Shown piece after piece: positions 1 to 22,380 of a DNA stretch of 64,000 bases; within the stretch, counting starts at the first letter, position 1; every line of letters begins with the position of its first letter. Source of the stretch: the human T2T-CHM13v2.0 reference genome, Homo sapiens. Under the pieces are notes generated by a model. It searched no databases. It was not told where the DNA came from and was given only the letters and a program-made list of their open reading frames with translations. The stretch is taken from assembly GCF_009914755.1 (NCBI RefSeq), contig NC_060947.1, one strand, 5' to 3'. The translations under genes and the position numbers were made by a program.

Positions 1-233
1 GCAGATTCCCACCACCACATCCAACCACCACACAGCATCTGTATCCACATACTCTGCCTTCTTCTCTGTACTACATAAGGTGCTCCTACTGTCGTCAAAA
101 TCCAGTCTCTCCCCTTTGGCACTCCATCCCATCCTCTCTCACCTACTTGAGGACATGGTTCCACCAGTTTTCCCCTCTCTCTACAAGATCATTCTTATTA
201 GCACACAGACATTCTATTACTTCTTCCATCTTT
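1..233 (+). mobile_element. L2 (L2a-like) LINE fragment, piece 1 of a split element
   Basis: CCATCCTCTCTCACCTACTTGAGGAC...CCAGTTTTCCCCTCTCT resembles the L2 ORF2 3' region; ends at CTATTACTTCTTCCATCTTT where an antisense L1 begins. Confidence 0.65.
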
Positions 234-281
234 TCGTTGCAACTTCATTGAGATGCATGTCGCATACCATCTAATTCACCT

Positions 282-730
<449 letters not shown>

Positions 731-1126
731 CATGATCAATTTTAGAACATTTTCACCCCCCGACCCCCACCAAAGAAGCTTCATACTCATTAGCAGTCAC
801 TTCCCATTAGTATTCTCCCCAGTCCTAGCCACCCACTAATATACTTTCTGTATCTAGAGATTTGTCTATTCTAGATATTCCATATAAATTAGATCGTACA
901 AGATACTGGTCTTGCTGGCTGGCTTCTTTCGCTGAGCATAATGTTTTGAGGTCCATCCATGCTGTTGCACGTATCATTCCTTCCTATTGTCAAATAATAT
1001 TCTGTCATATGGATCTACCTCCGTTCCTCAGTTGGTCAGTTCAGTTGCTTTCATGTTGGCCAATATGACTAATATTTCTCTGAACGTGGAGTGGAATTGC
1101 TGTCATATGGTGGCTCTATGTTTAAC

Positions 1127-1424
1127 TTTTTTTTTTTCTTTTTGAGACAGGGTCTCACTCTGTCACCCAGACTGCAATGCAGTGTCCCAATCTTGGCTCA
1201 CTGCAACCTCCACCTCCTGGGCTCAAGTGGTCCTCCCCCTTCAGCCTCCTGAGTGGCTGGGACCATGGGCATGTGCCACCACACCTGGCTAATTTTTGTA
1301 TTTTTTGTAGAGATGGGGTTTTGCCATGTTGCCCAGGCTGGTCTTGAACTCCTGGGCTCAAGAGATCTGCCCTCCTCGCCTCCCAAAGTGCTGAGATGAT
1401 AGGTATGAGCCATGGTGCCCCGCC
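1127..1424 (-). mobile_element. AluJ
   Basis: Poly-T then GAGACAGGGTCTCACTCTG...; AluJ-type CTGGGCTCAAG. Confidence 0.9.
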
Positions 1425-1573
1425 TTATGTTTTGAGGAGCTATCAAACTGTTTGCAAAAGTGGCTATGCCATTTTACAGTCCTATCAGCAGTGTATGAAG
1501 GTTCCAGTTTCTCCATATCCTCATCAACACTTTTCGTTTGTCTTTTTTATTATAGCCATCCTAGTGAGTATGA

Positions 1574-2395
<822 letters not shown>

Positions 2396-2649
2396 AGATA
2401 ATATGAATTATAAATATTTTCTCCCATTCTGTGGGTTCTTTTCATTTTATTGATGGTATCTTTTAATGTACAGTAGGTTTTAATTTCAGTGATGTCCAGC
2501 TTACCTATTTTGTTGTCACTTGGGCATTTGGTGTTATATCCAATAAATCATCGCCTAAATCAGGGTGACAAAGATTTATTCCTATGTTTTCTTCTAGGAA
2601 TTTTATCGTTTTAGCTCTTACATTTAGGACAGTGATCCATTTTGAGTTA

Positions 2650-5221
<2,572 letters not shown>

Positions 5222-5373
5222 CAGCTTTGTTCTTTTTGCTCCAGATTACTTTGGCTATTTGGTGTCTTTTGTGGTTTATACAAATTTTAGTATTTTTCTG
5301 TAAAAAATGACATGGAACTTTTATAGAGATTGCATTAAATTTGTAGATCACTTTGAGTAGTGTGGACATTTAA

Positions 5374-7566
<2,193 letters not shown>

Positions 7567-7919
7567 TAAAACATCTTGTAACTGGCTATTTTAAGCTGGT
7601 AACAACTTAACTTTGAGTGCATTAAAAAACTCTACACTTTGGCTCCACCCCCTCACCACATTTTATGGTTTTGATGGTATAATTTATTTCTTTTTATAAT
7701 GTGTTATCTGTTAACAAATTATTGTAGATATTATTTTAATAATTTTACCTCTTAACCTTTATACTACATGTATAAGCAATCTACACACCACCATTACAGT
7801 ATTATAGTATTCTGAATTTGACTGTATACTTACTTTTACCAGTGAGTTTTATACTTTCATATGTTTTCGTGTTACTAATTAGCATTCTTTTCTTGCAGCT
7901 TGAAAAACTCTCTTTAGCA

Positions 7920-8114
7920 CAGAGGTGTCCAAGGGAACGAATACAGTCATGAGTTCTTAGTTTCTGTTTCTGGTTGAGCCAGTTAAGCCCCTTCCTCATC
8001 CCTCTTTTCTGCTTATCACTAGATACAGAAACTAAAAACCGTGGCTTCAGGCTGCTAAAAACTTAAAACAAAACAGAACAACAACAACAAAATAAGGCGG
8101 GTTAGACAAGCTAA
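7920..8114. mobile_element. Non-autonomous hAT-Charlie DNA transposon (MER107-like MITE)
   Basis: Imperfect TIRs CAGAGGTGTCCAA ... TTAGACAAGCTAA; 8-bp TSD CTTTAGCA (7912-7919) and CTTCAGCA (8115-8122); 195 bp. Confidence 0.8.
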
Positions 8115-8204
8115 CTTCAGCATTTCTTGTAAGACAGATCTGGTGGCAATGAACTCCCTCAGCTTTTGTTTGTCTTGGAAAGTCTCTTGTCTCTCCTTCA
8201 TTTC

Positions 8205-8715
8205 TTGTTTTTTAATTATTTTTTTTTAATTTCAGTTGGTTTTTGGGGAACAGGTGGTGGTTGGTTACATGGGTAAATTCTTTAGTGGTGAATTCTGAGA
8301 TTTTGGTGTACCCATCACCCAAGCAGTATACACTATACCCAATGTGTAGTCTTTTATCCCTCACCCCCTCCCACCCGTTCCCCCAAGTCCCCAAAGTCCA
8401 TTGTGTCATTCTTATTGCCTTTGCATCCTCATAGCTTAGCTCCCACTTATGATTGAGAACATACAATGTTTGGTTTTCCATTCCTGAGTTACTTCACTTA
8501 AAATAATGGTCTCCGATTCCATCCAGGTTGCTGCGAATGCCATTATTTCATTCCTTTTTATGGCTGAGTAGTATTCCATGGTGTATATATTACCACAGTT
8601 TCCTTATCCACTCGTTAACTGATGGGCATTTGGGCTGGTGCCATGTTTTTGCAGGTGTGAATTGTGCTGCTATAAACATGCGTGTGCAAGTGTCTTTTTC
8701 GTATAATGACTTTTC
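8205..8715 (-). mobile_element. L1PB (L1PB1-like) 3' end, 5'-truncated
   Basis: TTTTTGGGGAACAGGTGGTGGTTGGTTACATG...CCCATCACCCAAGCAGTATACAC typical of the L1PB 3'UTR; TSD-like CTCTCC(TTC)ATTTCT on both sides. Confidence 0.85.
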
Positions 8716-9260
8716 CTCTCCATTTCTAAAGGGCAGCTTTGCTGGTACAGTCTTTTTGATTGGAAGGTTTTTTCCTTCAGCACACTGAATAGATCATTTC
8801 ACTTTTTCATGGCCTGTAAGGTCTCTGCTGAGAAATCTGCTGCTAGCCTTATTAGAACTCCTGTACCTGTTATTTGCTTCTTTTCTCTTCCTGCTTTCAA
8901 GGATCCTCTGCTTGTCCTTGATTTTTGACAGTTTGATTCTATGTTTCTGTATAGTCTTGTTTGCATTCAATTTGATTGGAGAACTTTGACCTATGCCTGG
9001 ATATTTTGTATCTTTCTCCAAACTTGGAAAGCTTTCTGCTATTACTTTTTAAAGTAAGCTTTCTGTTCCTTTGTCTTTTTCTTCTCCTTCATGAACTCTG
9101 TAATTCAAAAATTTGCTCTTTTGAAGCTATCCTGTAAATCCCATAAGCTGTCTTATTTCTTTTTCATTTTTCCCCCTATGACTGTATATTTTCAAATCTG
9201 TCTTCAGGTTCACAGATTCTTTTTTCTGCTTGATCAGTTCTGAGTGGGATATCCCACTCA

Positions 9261-9562
9261 GGGGATATCAACAGAGTACCTTGTGAGCATGAGATGATTA
9301 TAATTATGAACTTTAACAAGACTTTATCTTTGACCTTTTGGCGATCTTCTTCTTGCCCATGGGCAGCTGTCATTTGCGGGGATAGCAGTCAATTCCAGCC
9401 ATCAGAGCGTGGCTGTAGGGGAAGATTGAGGTGCCCTTATCAACGTTCTTCATGGTGACAGCTTTGTGTCCAGAGTAGCATTCAGCCAGGACCAGCACCA
9501 CTTTCCCAGGTTTCATGAACTTGCCCAAGCCTATAGCAACCAACCAAGCCTATAGCAGAAAA
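9261..9562 (-). pseudogene. RPL27: RPL27 processed pseudogene fragment (5'UTR plus about codons 1-90)
   Basis: Minus strand reads [80 protein letters not shown], matching ribosomal protein eL27; no introns; frameshifts and ATG lost. Confidence 0.92.
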
Positions 9563-9747
9563 CACACACACAAAAAAAAAACCCTAATTTTTAAAATAAT
9601 TTCAATCTCTCTGTTAAATGTTTCATTTTATTCATTTTTTCATGATATCATTGAATTGTCCCTGCATATTTTCTTGAAGTTCTGAGCTTCCTTTATATAA
9701 TTACTTTGAATTCTTTGTAAGCCACTTCATACGTCTCTTCTTTGTAG

Positions 9748-10592
<845 letters not shown>

Positions 10593-10699
10593 TCCCTGAT
10601 TGTTCTTGATCCTTGTTGCTGTGCATTGGTGTCTGCACATCTGAAGACGTGAAAACTCATTCTAGTCTTTGCAGACTGCCTTTGTCTGGGAAAGCCCCT

Positions 10700-11930
10700 C
10701 ACCAGTCAGCCTGTCCAGAGATTCTGGACTGGCCATCTGGCATGTTCTGTGGGCAGGCTTGCTGCTGGAGTCCTCAGGCAGGCTGGTCTGGTGTCTGGGT
10801 CAGCAGGTAGGTGGACCCGATGTCTGGGTCCATGGGGTTTGGCCTGGAGCCTGGATCCAAACAGATGGGCCTGTTGATTGGGTATGTGAAGGTGGGCCTG
10901 GAGCCTGGGTCCACAAAAGCACAGCTGGTTCCTGGATCTGCGGGAGCCAACTTCATGTCTGGGTCTACAGGGGCTGACATGGTGCTGAGGTGGACCTGAA
11001 GCCTAAATCTGCATGTCAAGCCTGGGTTCTGGGTCCATGGGGGCTGGCCTGGATCCTGGGTCTGCAAGGGTGGTCCTGGAGCCTCAGTCCACAGGAGTTG
11101 GTTTGGCACCAAAGCTTACTAGGGTGGGCCTGAACCCTGGGTCAGCTAGAGCCTTTGGCCATGAGGACCAGCCTGGAGCCTGGGAACTGTGTGGTGCTGG
11201 GGCCGGTGTGGAGCCTGGATTCTCTAGGCCCAGCCCAGTACTGGGATCTACTGGGATGGGCCTGGACCCTGGGTCTGTTGGAGCATGGGGCTGCAGGGAC
11301 CAGCCTGAAGGGTGGGGCCACAGAGATCAGCCCACCACTGGGCAGGCCTAGAGTCTGTGTCTGTGTGTGCCAACCTGGTACTTGAATCTAGAAGTGCTCT
11401 CCTGGTGTCGGGGCAGGCCTGCGGCCTAGGGCTGTGTAGGTCAACCTGGTTCTGGGCTGGGCTGGAACCTAAGGTGGGCCTGGAGCCTGGGACCACATGG
11501 CCTGGCCTGGCACTGGGTGGGCCTGGAGCCTGTGTCCACAAGGTCTTGCTGGATGCTGGTCTGCAGGTGCTGGCCTAATGACTAGTGCTGTGGAGGCTGG
11601 CCTGGTGCTGGGGTGGGCCTGAAACCTGGGGCCGGGGGGGCCAGCCCCATGCTGGGGATGGTCTGGGACCCACGGCCACCTGGGCTGGCCTGGCCCTGGA
11701 ACAAGCCTGGTACCTGAGTCTGTGGGGGCTAGCCTGGCACTGGGGTGGGTCTGGAGACTGAGACTGCCAGGCAGGCCTGGAGTGCGAGGCAGTGGAATCT
11801 GGTCTGGTGCTGGGGCAGGCCTGGAGGCTCGGTCTGCAGGTACCAGCCTAGAGGCTTGGGCTGTGGGTGCCTGCCCAGTGCTGGGTTTGACTGGGGCAGC
11901 CCTAGTGTTGGAGTCCAAGGGAAAGCCCAG
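10700..11930 (-). repeat. Degenerate GC-rich tandem array (core GGCCTGGAGCCTGGG) in the old L1 5'UTR
   Basis: Dozens of GGCCTGG(A/C)GCCTGG variants, positioned between ORF1 remnants and the L1 5' terminus. Confidence 0.75.
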
Positions 11931-12212
11931 TGCTTACTTCCTTTCTCTTCCCTGAAAAAAGTATCTCTTTTCCCACTGCACTGCCTGGGGTTGGGGGAGG
12001 GGTGGCATGGATAGTGTGTAACTTTTTTTCCTACCCTCTTCAATGTATCTTTTCTTATTTCCGTGCTACACCCAGGTGCTGTCAACTCTCACCTGGTTTC
12101 CTTAGCTCTGGTGAAGTATTTTCGTGTATGGATTGTTTTTCAAATTGATGTTTCTGTTGGGGAATGAGCACTGGAAAGTCCTGCTCTGCCATCTTGCTGC
12201 CATCTGGACTCC

Positions 12213-13052
12213 CAAGGTTTGTTGTTGGTCTGTTTTTGTTTTTGTTGCTGTCATAGTTCTTTTTCTTGTTGCTGTTTGTTTGTTCAGTGACTTTTCTGAA
12301 CTCATTTTGTGGATTTGGTCTCCCCCTGCATTATGTGGCCTCTGAGTTCCTGCTAGCAGCCTTTTTTCTTTTCAGTTCTTGTTTTTCTTTTTAAGCCTGG
12401 ATTCCTAGGGGTCACACCTGGTGAATAAATATAATTTGGTGGTCAGCCAGTGATTGGTCAGAATGTATCCTTAAATGCCTTGCCTGTACATCTTCCAACC
12501 CTTGCCAAGAGGATCTGCGTAAGAAAGCATTGCCTTCAAAGTCCAGCCAGTGTATGAGACAGCCTTTGCTTTCACTTTGTACTTGCACAGGGCCTCGCAG
12601 TCAGCCAGAAGTGAGTGGCTTGGATCCTCTCCTATCCCAGCTCTTTCCTTGGCGTGCATATAGCCTTGAGTATATGCACAGCCCTTTAGATCCCTAGGAA
12701 TATGTCAGAGCTTTTCAAAGTTTCCTATGGTTGTCTCATTCTCTAGGATTTCCTGTAAAATTCTCTAAGTGGTCAGATTTCTCTGTTGTCTGGAATTTGG
12801 TCACCTTTTGGATCCTGTACCACGGAGATAGGGAGGGTTAGGGAGGGAGGATGGGGATCACCACAAGTGAAATGTCGTAGACCTCACTGTCTTGCCAAGA
12901 TTCAGTAGTTTCTTTGGATGATGATTTTCACTTCATTCTGTGGCTTTGGTTAATTGCCAGAGTTCTAAAATGGTTGATTTGAGTTGGTTTGACCATCTTT
13001 TCATTGTTTTAGAGGGAAAGTGAGTTCATCAAAGTCCTCGCTCTGCCATTCC
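12213..13052 (-). mobile_element. Older L1M 5'-region fragment, probably the 5' remainder of the first L1
   Basis: GTTGCTGTTTGTTTGTTCAGTGACTTTTCTGAACT and TGGTCAGCCAGTGATTGGTCAG resemble L1M 5' ends; ends CTCTGCCATTCC just before the L2 resumes. Confidence 0.6.
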
Positions 13053-13057
13053 ATCTA

Positions 13058-13200
13058 TCTACTATTACTCCTGTCTTTGAAAAAAACTTTAAATCCTCTT
13101 CATCTCACATGCCTTTGCAGTTATGACTTCATTTCTCAATTCCCCTAACAGCAAAACTCTTCAAAGAGTTTTCCTTCCTCACGTTCTCTACTCTTCTCCT
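13058..13200 (+). mobile_element. L2 fragment, piece 2
   Basis: CCCCTAACAGCAAAACTCTTCAAAGAGTT is the L2 sequence expected after piece 1. Confidence 0.6.
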
Positions 13201-13245
13201 ATATGCTGTTCATATAACATATATTAGATATATGATAAAAGAATA

Positions 13246-17544
<4,299 letters not shown>

Positions 17545-17549
17545 CTAAA

Positions 17550-18582
17550 CTTATTTTTAAATAGGTTTTTATTCTGGAATAGTTTTAGATTTACAGAAAA
17601 GTTAGTTAAGAGATAGTACAGAGAGTTTCTGTATATTCCTCACTGTAGTACATTTATCAAAAATAAGAAAGCAACATTGCTATATTACTACTACCTAAAC
17701 ATCAGACTTTACATGGCTTTATCAGTTTTTTTCACTGGTGTCCTTTTTTTGTTCCAGGATCCAATTCAAAATATCGCATTTCATTCAGTTGTCGTGTCTC
17801 CATAGCGTCCTCTGGTCTATGACAGTTTCTCAGTCTGTTCTTGTTTTTTTTTTGTTTGTTTGTTTTTGGTTTTTTTTTCCCAGAAGTCCATTAAGCTGAG
17901 AATGACCTTGTTTTTTATGACCTAACAGTTTTAAGGAATACTGTTGAATGTTCCTCAGTTTGTATTTGTCTGAAGTTTTGCTTATATTTAGAGTGGAGTT
18001 GTGTTTGGAAAGAACACCAGAGTTTAAATGCCTTTCTTATCAGATCATATCAGAGGTACCTGGTATCCATTGGCATCCCTGGTTTTGTGAACCTTCATCC
18101 CTTGGTTAAGGTGATGTTTGCCAGGTTTTCCCCCTGGCAAGTTGCTGCCTTTCCCTTTTCATAGTCTGTTCTTTGGAAGACTCTAGCCCACCCTCAAGTA
18201 GGTGGGAAGAATTGAGCTATAGCTCCTGGAAGGAGGGGGTGTATCTCTGTATATCATTTGAAATTCTTCTGTAAAGATTTGTCTCTTATCCCTTATTTAT
18301 TTATTCAGTCACTTATATCAGTATGAACTCATGCATTTTTATTTAATAATTTGAGTTATAAATCTAATACTGTGTTCTTTGTTTTGTTGGTCAAATCAGT
18401 CCAGTTTTGGCCACTGGGGACTCTTGCCAGTTGGCTCCTGTGTCCCTTTCACATACTCCCATCCTTTGGTTTTGAGCACTGCTTTACTTGCCAGCACTAG
18501 GAAATGCTCCAGACTCGTCTTGTATTTTCCTCTCTTAGTCCTGGAATCAGCCATTTCTCCAAGGAACCCTGGTTCCTTTTAA
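17550..18582 (-). mobile_element. L1MC-like 3'UTR nested in the L1ME
   Basis: AGTTTTAGATTTACAGAAAAGTT..AGTACAGAGAGTTTC and CCATTTCTCCAAGGAACCCTGGTTCCTTTTA, typical L1MC/MD 3' motifs. Confidence 0.75.
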
Positions 18583-19282
18583 GGTGTCTGTATATTCTTT
18601 TATGTTTTCTATGGTGACAACCATATCAGCTATAAATAATGACAGTTTTGTCTTTTCCTTTCCAATCTTTATGCCTTTATTTTTCTTGTCGTACTGAGAT
18701 GACCAGGACATCTAGTACAATGATGACAGCATGCATCTGTGTCTTGTTGTGTATTTTAGAGGAAACACCACTAACTTTTCCCTATTAAGAATGATACTGT
18801 ATTTGCTATAGATTTCCTACGGGTTTTATCAGGTTAAGCAAGTTCCATCCTATTACTCTATACTAAGAGGCTTTTATTTTTTTAATAATGAAAGGGTGTT
18901 GAATTTTTACCAAATGCCTTTTCTGTTTCTTATGATAATTATATGTTTTTTCTCCAATAATCTGATATGTGGTAAATGACATTTATAGATTTTCCTCATG
19001 TTAGACCATCTTTGCATTTCTTGTATAAACACAACTTGGTCATGGTCTTTCATTTTTTATACAGGTTGGTGAACAAAAGTTTGGAATTTTGCAACTGTGT
19101 CCATGAGTAAAATTGGTCTTTTCCTTTCTCAGGCTGTTCTTATTGGCTTTTGGCATTAAGGTTCTGCTGGTATAGAATGACTCAGAGTGTTCCCTCTTTT
19201 ATAATATTCTGGAAGATGCTGTATAAGTTTGGAATGATTGGTTTGGTAGAACTTCTGCAAAACCATCTTGTCTAGTGTTTTC

Positions 19283-20295
19283 CTTTTTAATATTGAATTA
19301 GTGTTAAACTTATAAATTAAAATATTTTCAAAATTGTAAATAAGAAGGTTGAAATTTGCTTCCATGTTTATTTTATAAGCTTTATGCTTGAAATGGCTAC
19401 ACACAAATCCTGAGCAAGACTTTTTTTTTTTTTTCTGAGCAAGACTTTTTAATGATGCATTCTTCAAATTCTTAACAGTCGCCATCCATAAATGTCTTTT
19501 TTTGTACAAGTAGGTGATAAAATATTTAAAGCCAATTTTTAAATGTTTCAAAGATATTTAACAATTGGAATTATATCTAACAGCTTTTCTTTTTGTTTCA
19601 CTGACAAGTATATTGTTAAAACTTCTCATGATGATGTGAGTAGATTTCAAATCCAGTTGAACGCTTTCATATTAACAATTTCAAAATAATGATGAAGCTC
19701 TTATTTGCAGAACATGCATCATTATTAGAACCATCACCCTGCAGCTAGCTTGGATACCATTAAAAGGGCTCATCAGCTGCAAACGGATTAAAGTATCTGA
19801 TACTCGGGAAGACAGAGTTTCAGGGTTTCTACCTGGAGCTACACCCTCAGGAAGCCCCTCCTTGGCCTCCCTGCACCCAGTCCCATCCCAACCAGTCACA
19901 TCTTGGGCTGTGCGTGGTGTTTCTTGGAAACTGGAACACAGACTCCTCCAGCAGCTCCACAGGTCCCTTGTCCTCAATGAGCAGAAGACTACAGGAGCTG
20001 GCTACTGAAGAGGCTGTCCAAGTAATAGAGCACCTTCTTGGCCCTGCTTAGCACATTTACTGCAGAGCTGGATGCTACTTATTTGTGCTCACCACCTTCA
20101 GGGACTGCAGAGAGATTTGTCAGACCCTACTTCACTAAGGGCCACCCTCTAAGGATCTCCAGAAGAGGCTGCCCATAGAGAGAAGTGGCCTGCCTAGGGT
20201 CTCCACTTCCTCAGGTCCTACCCGGACACCTCTAGGGCTGAGGGGATCAGTATCTCTTCACCTGCCTGTAATCCACATACCAAGTGGAAGAATCT
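19283..20295 (-). pseudogene. INTS15: Decayed INTS15 (C7orf26) copy: 5' flank, first 64 codons (19902-20092), then non-coding sequence
   Basis: Minus frames give VLSRAKKVLYYLDSLFSSQL and IEDKGPVELLEESVFQFP..AQPK versus recalled INTS15 ALSAAKEVLYHLDIYFSSQL..IVDKGPVELLEEFVFQVPKERSAQPK; interrupts contiguous L1ME sequence. Confidence 0.85.
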
Positions 20296-20518
20296 GCCTG
20301 CTATTTTTTGTTTGTTTGTTTGTTTGTTTTGGCGGGAAGAGTTTTAACTACTGCTGTAATTCCTTTAGTAGCTATGGAACTGTTGAGGATTTCTTTTTCT
20401 TCTTGAGTCGATTTTGGTAAGATAACAGTTTTCTAGGAGTTGGTCCATTTTGTCTGCATTTTCAAATTCATTGGCATAAAGTTTCCTTTTTATTCTGTGC
20501 TGTGTATGAACTGTAACA

Positions 20519-20749
20519 ATGTCTCCTTTTTCATTACTGATATTGGTTATTTGTGCCTTCTCACTTTTTTTCTTGATCAATCTCACCAGAGGTTTATCTA
20601 TTTTATTAGTCTTTTCAAAGAACCAACTTTTGGCTTTGTTGCTCCTCTCTATTGTATCTTTGTTTTCTATTTCTTTAATTTCTGCTCTTATCTTTTTTGA
20701 TCTCCTTCCTTCCACATTTTTTGGGTTTATTCTGTTGTTCTTTTTCTAA
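20519..20749 (+). CDS. KANTR: KANTR integral membrane microprotein, 76 aa
   Basis: ATG with A at -3, TAA stop, almost all hydrophobic (MSPFSLLILVICAFSLFFLINLTRGLSILLVFSKNQLLALLLLSIV...FFGFILLFFF); sequence and length match my recollection of human KANTR; the nearby ACTG1 and U7 pseudogenes fit that locus. Confidence 0.8.
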   Translation: MSPFSLLILVICAFSLFFLINLTRGLSILLVFSKNQLLALLLLSIVSLFSISLISALIFFDLLPSTFFGFILLFFF

Positions 20750-22323
20750 TTTAACTGGACATTGAGCTCATTAGTTTTCATTCTTTCCCATTTTCTAATT
20801 TGTGCATTTAAGGATATAATTTCCCTCTAACTCCTGCTTCTCCATAAGTTTAGATATGTAGTATTTTCATTATTGCTCAGTTATAAGTACTTCATTTCTA
20901 TCAAGGTTACTTCTTTGACCTGTAAGTTATATAGAAATGTGTTTTTAGATTTCCAAATGTTTGGGGATTTAAAATTTTATCTCTTTGTTATTGAAATCTG
21001 TCTTAATTGCATTATGGTCAGAGGATGTGGTTTGTGTGACAACAACTCTGAAATTTTTTAGACTTGTTTTATGGCTTAGTATGTGACCAATATTTTTGAA
21101 TGCTTCCTGTGTGCTAATTTATAAGAATGTGTGTTCTCTAATTGTTGAATACAGAGATCTACATATGTCTATTATCAAGTTTGTGAACTATTGTTCAATT
21201 TTTACTTACCTATACTGATTTTTTTGGTCATTATCTACTGATAATTGAAAGAGGTGCGTTAATGTTCAACTGTAATGGTGGATTTGGCAATTTCTCCTTG
21301 TAATTCTATCTCGTTTCTTGCTTTATATATTTTGAGGGTGTTCATTAGGAATATTCAAATTAAAAATTGTTATATATTCCTGATAAATATGTAATGACCC
21401 TCTCTATTCCTGATAATGCATTTTTCTTTGAAACCTATTTTATCTTATATTAATGTAGTAACACAAACTTTTCTTGTTGGGATTTGTGTGGTATATAATT
21501 TTCCATCCTTTTACTTTTGAGCATTTTCATGCCATTATGTTTAATTATATCTCTTGGAAACAACATATAACTGGACCTTTTAAAAAATCTAATCTGATTA
21601 TCTCTTTTGGTTGGCAAGTTTAGTCTGTTTACATTTACTGTGATGTATTTGGGCTTGTTTCTACCATCATACTTTTTTATTTCTGTTTACCATCACTACC
21701 TTTTCTGTGCTTCATTTTCTCTTTTCTCGCCTGCTTTTTTAGTTTTGAGATTTGTTTTCTTATTCAATTTTTTTCCTCCCTATTTTTAAATTTTTTTCTA
21801 TTCTTTCTGTGGTTATCCTTGATGTTTTCCATATGTGTTTAACTTATAAAGTCTAAAGTTAAACAATATTTTAGCCCCCTTCTTAAAGAATGCAGGAAGC
21901 TTAGAAACCTTCAACTCTAGTCATTCCTCTCCTGATCACATACTGTTGTTTTCAAATATGTTAGTTTGTTCCTTTTTATAAACCTCACAATTTTACATCA
22001 TTGTCAGTGTTATTTTATATAGACAGTGTTTGTTTGGACTTACATGCATACATTCTTGTATCACACATCATCCTTTGGGATCATTTTCTTTCATTATGAA
22101 TATAGTGTTTAAGTGAGTTTTTTTTTTTTTTAGTACAGGTCTCTTGATGTTAAATTCTTCCAGTCTTTCTTATATGTAAATGTCTTTATTTTATCCTCAT
22201 TCTTAAAAGATAGTTTGTTACAGGTATTTTTACTCAACACTTAGAATATATGGTTCCATTCTCTTTTGGCTTTGAGATGTCTGTTGCTATTAAGAAGTCG
22301 ACTATCAGACTAATTGCTGGTTT

Positions 22324-22380
22324 TGTGTGTGTGTGTAGTAGTAGTAGTAGTAGTGGTAGTAGTGGTAGTAGTAGTAGTGG
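22324..22380. repeat. Compound microsatellite (TG)n(TAG/TGG)n
   Basis: Directly visible. Confidence 0.95.

Noticed and set aside
10613-12148. Dense overlapping G/P/A-rich ORFs on both strands
   Set aside because: Arise from a stop-poor GC-rich repeat in an L1 5'UTR
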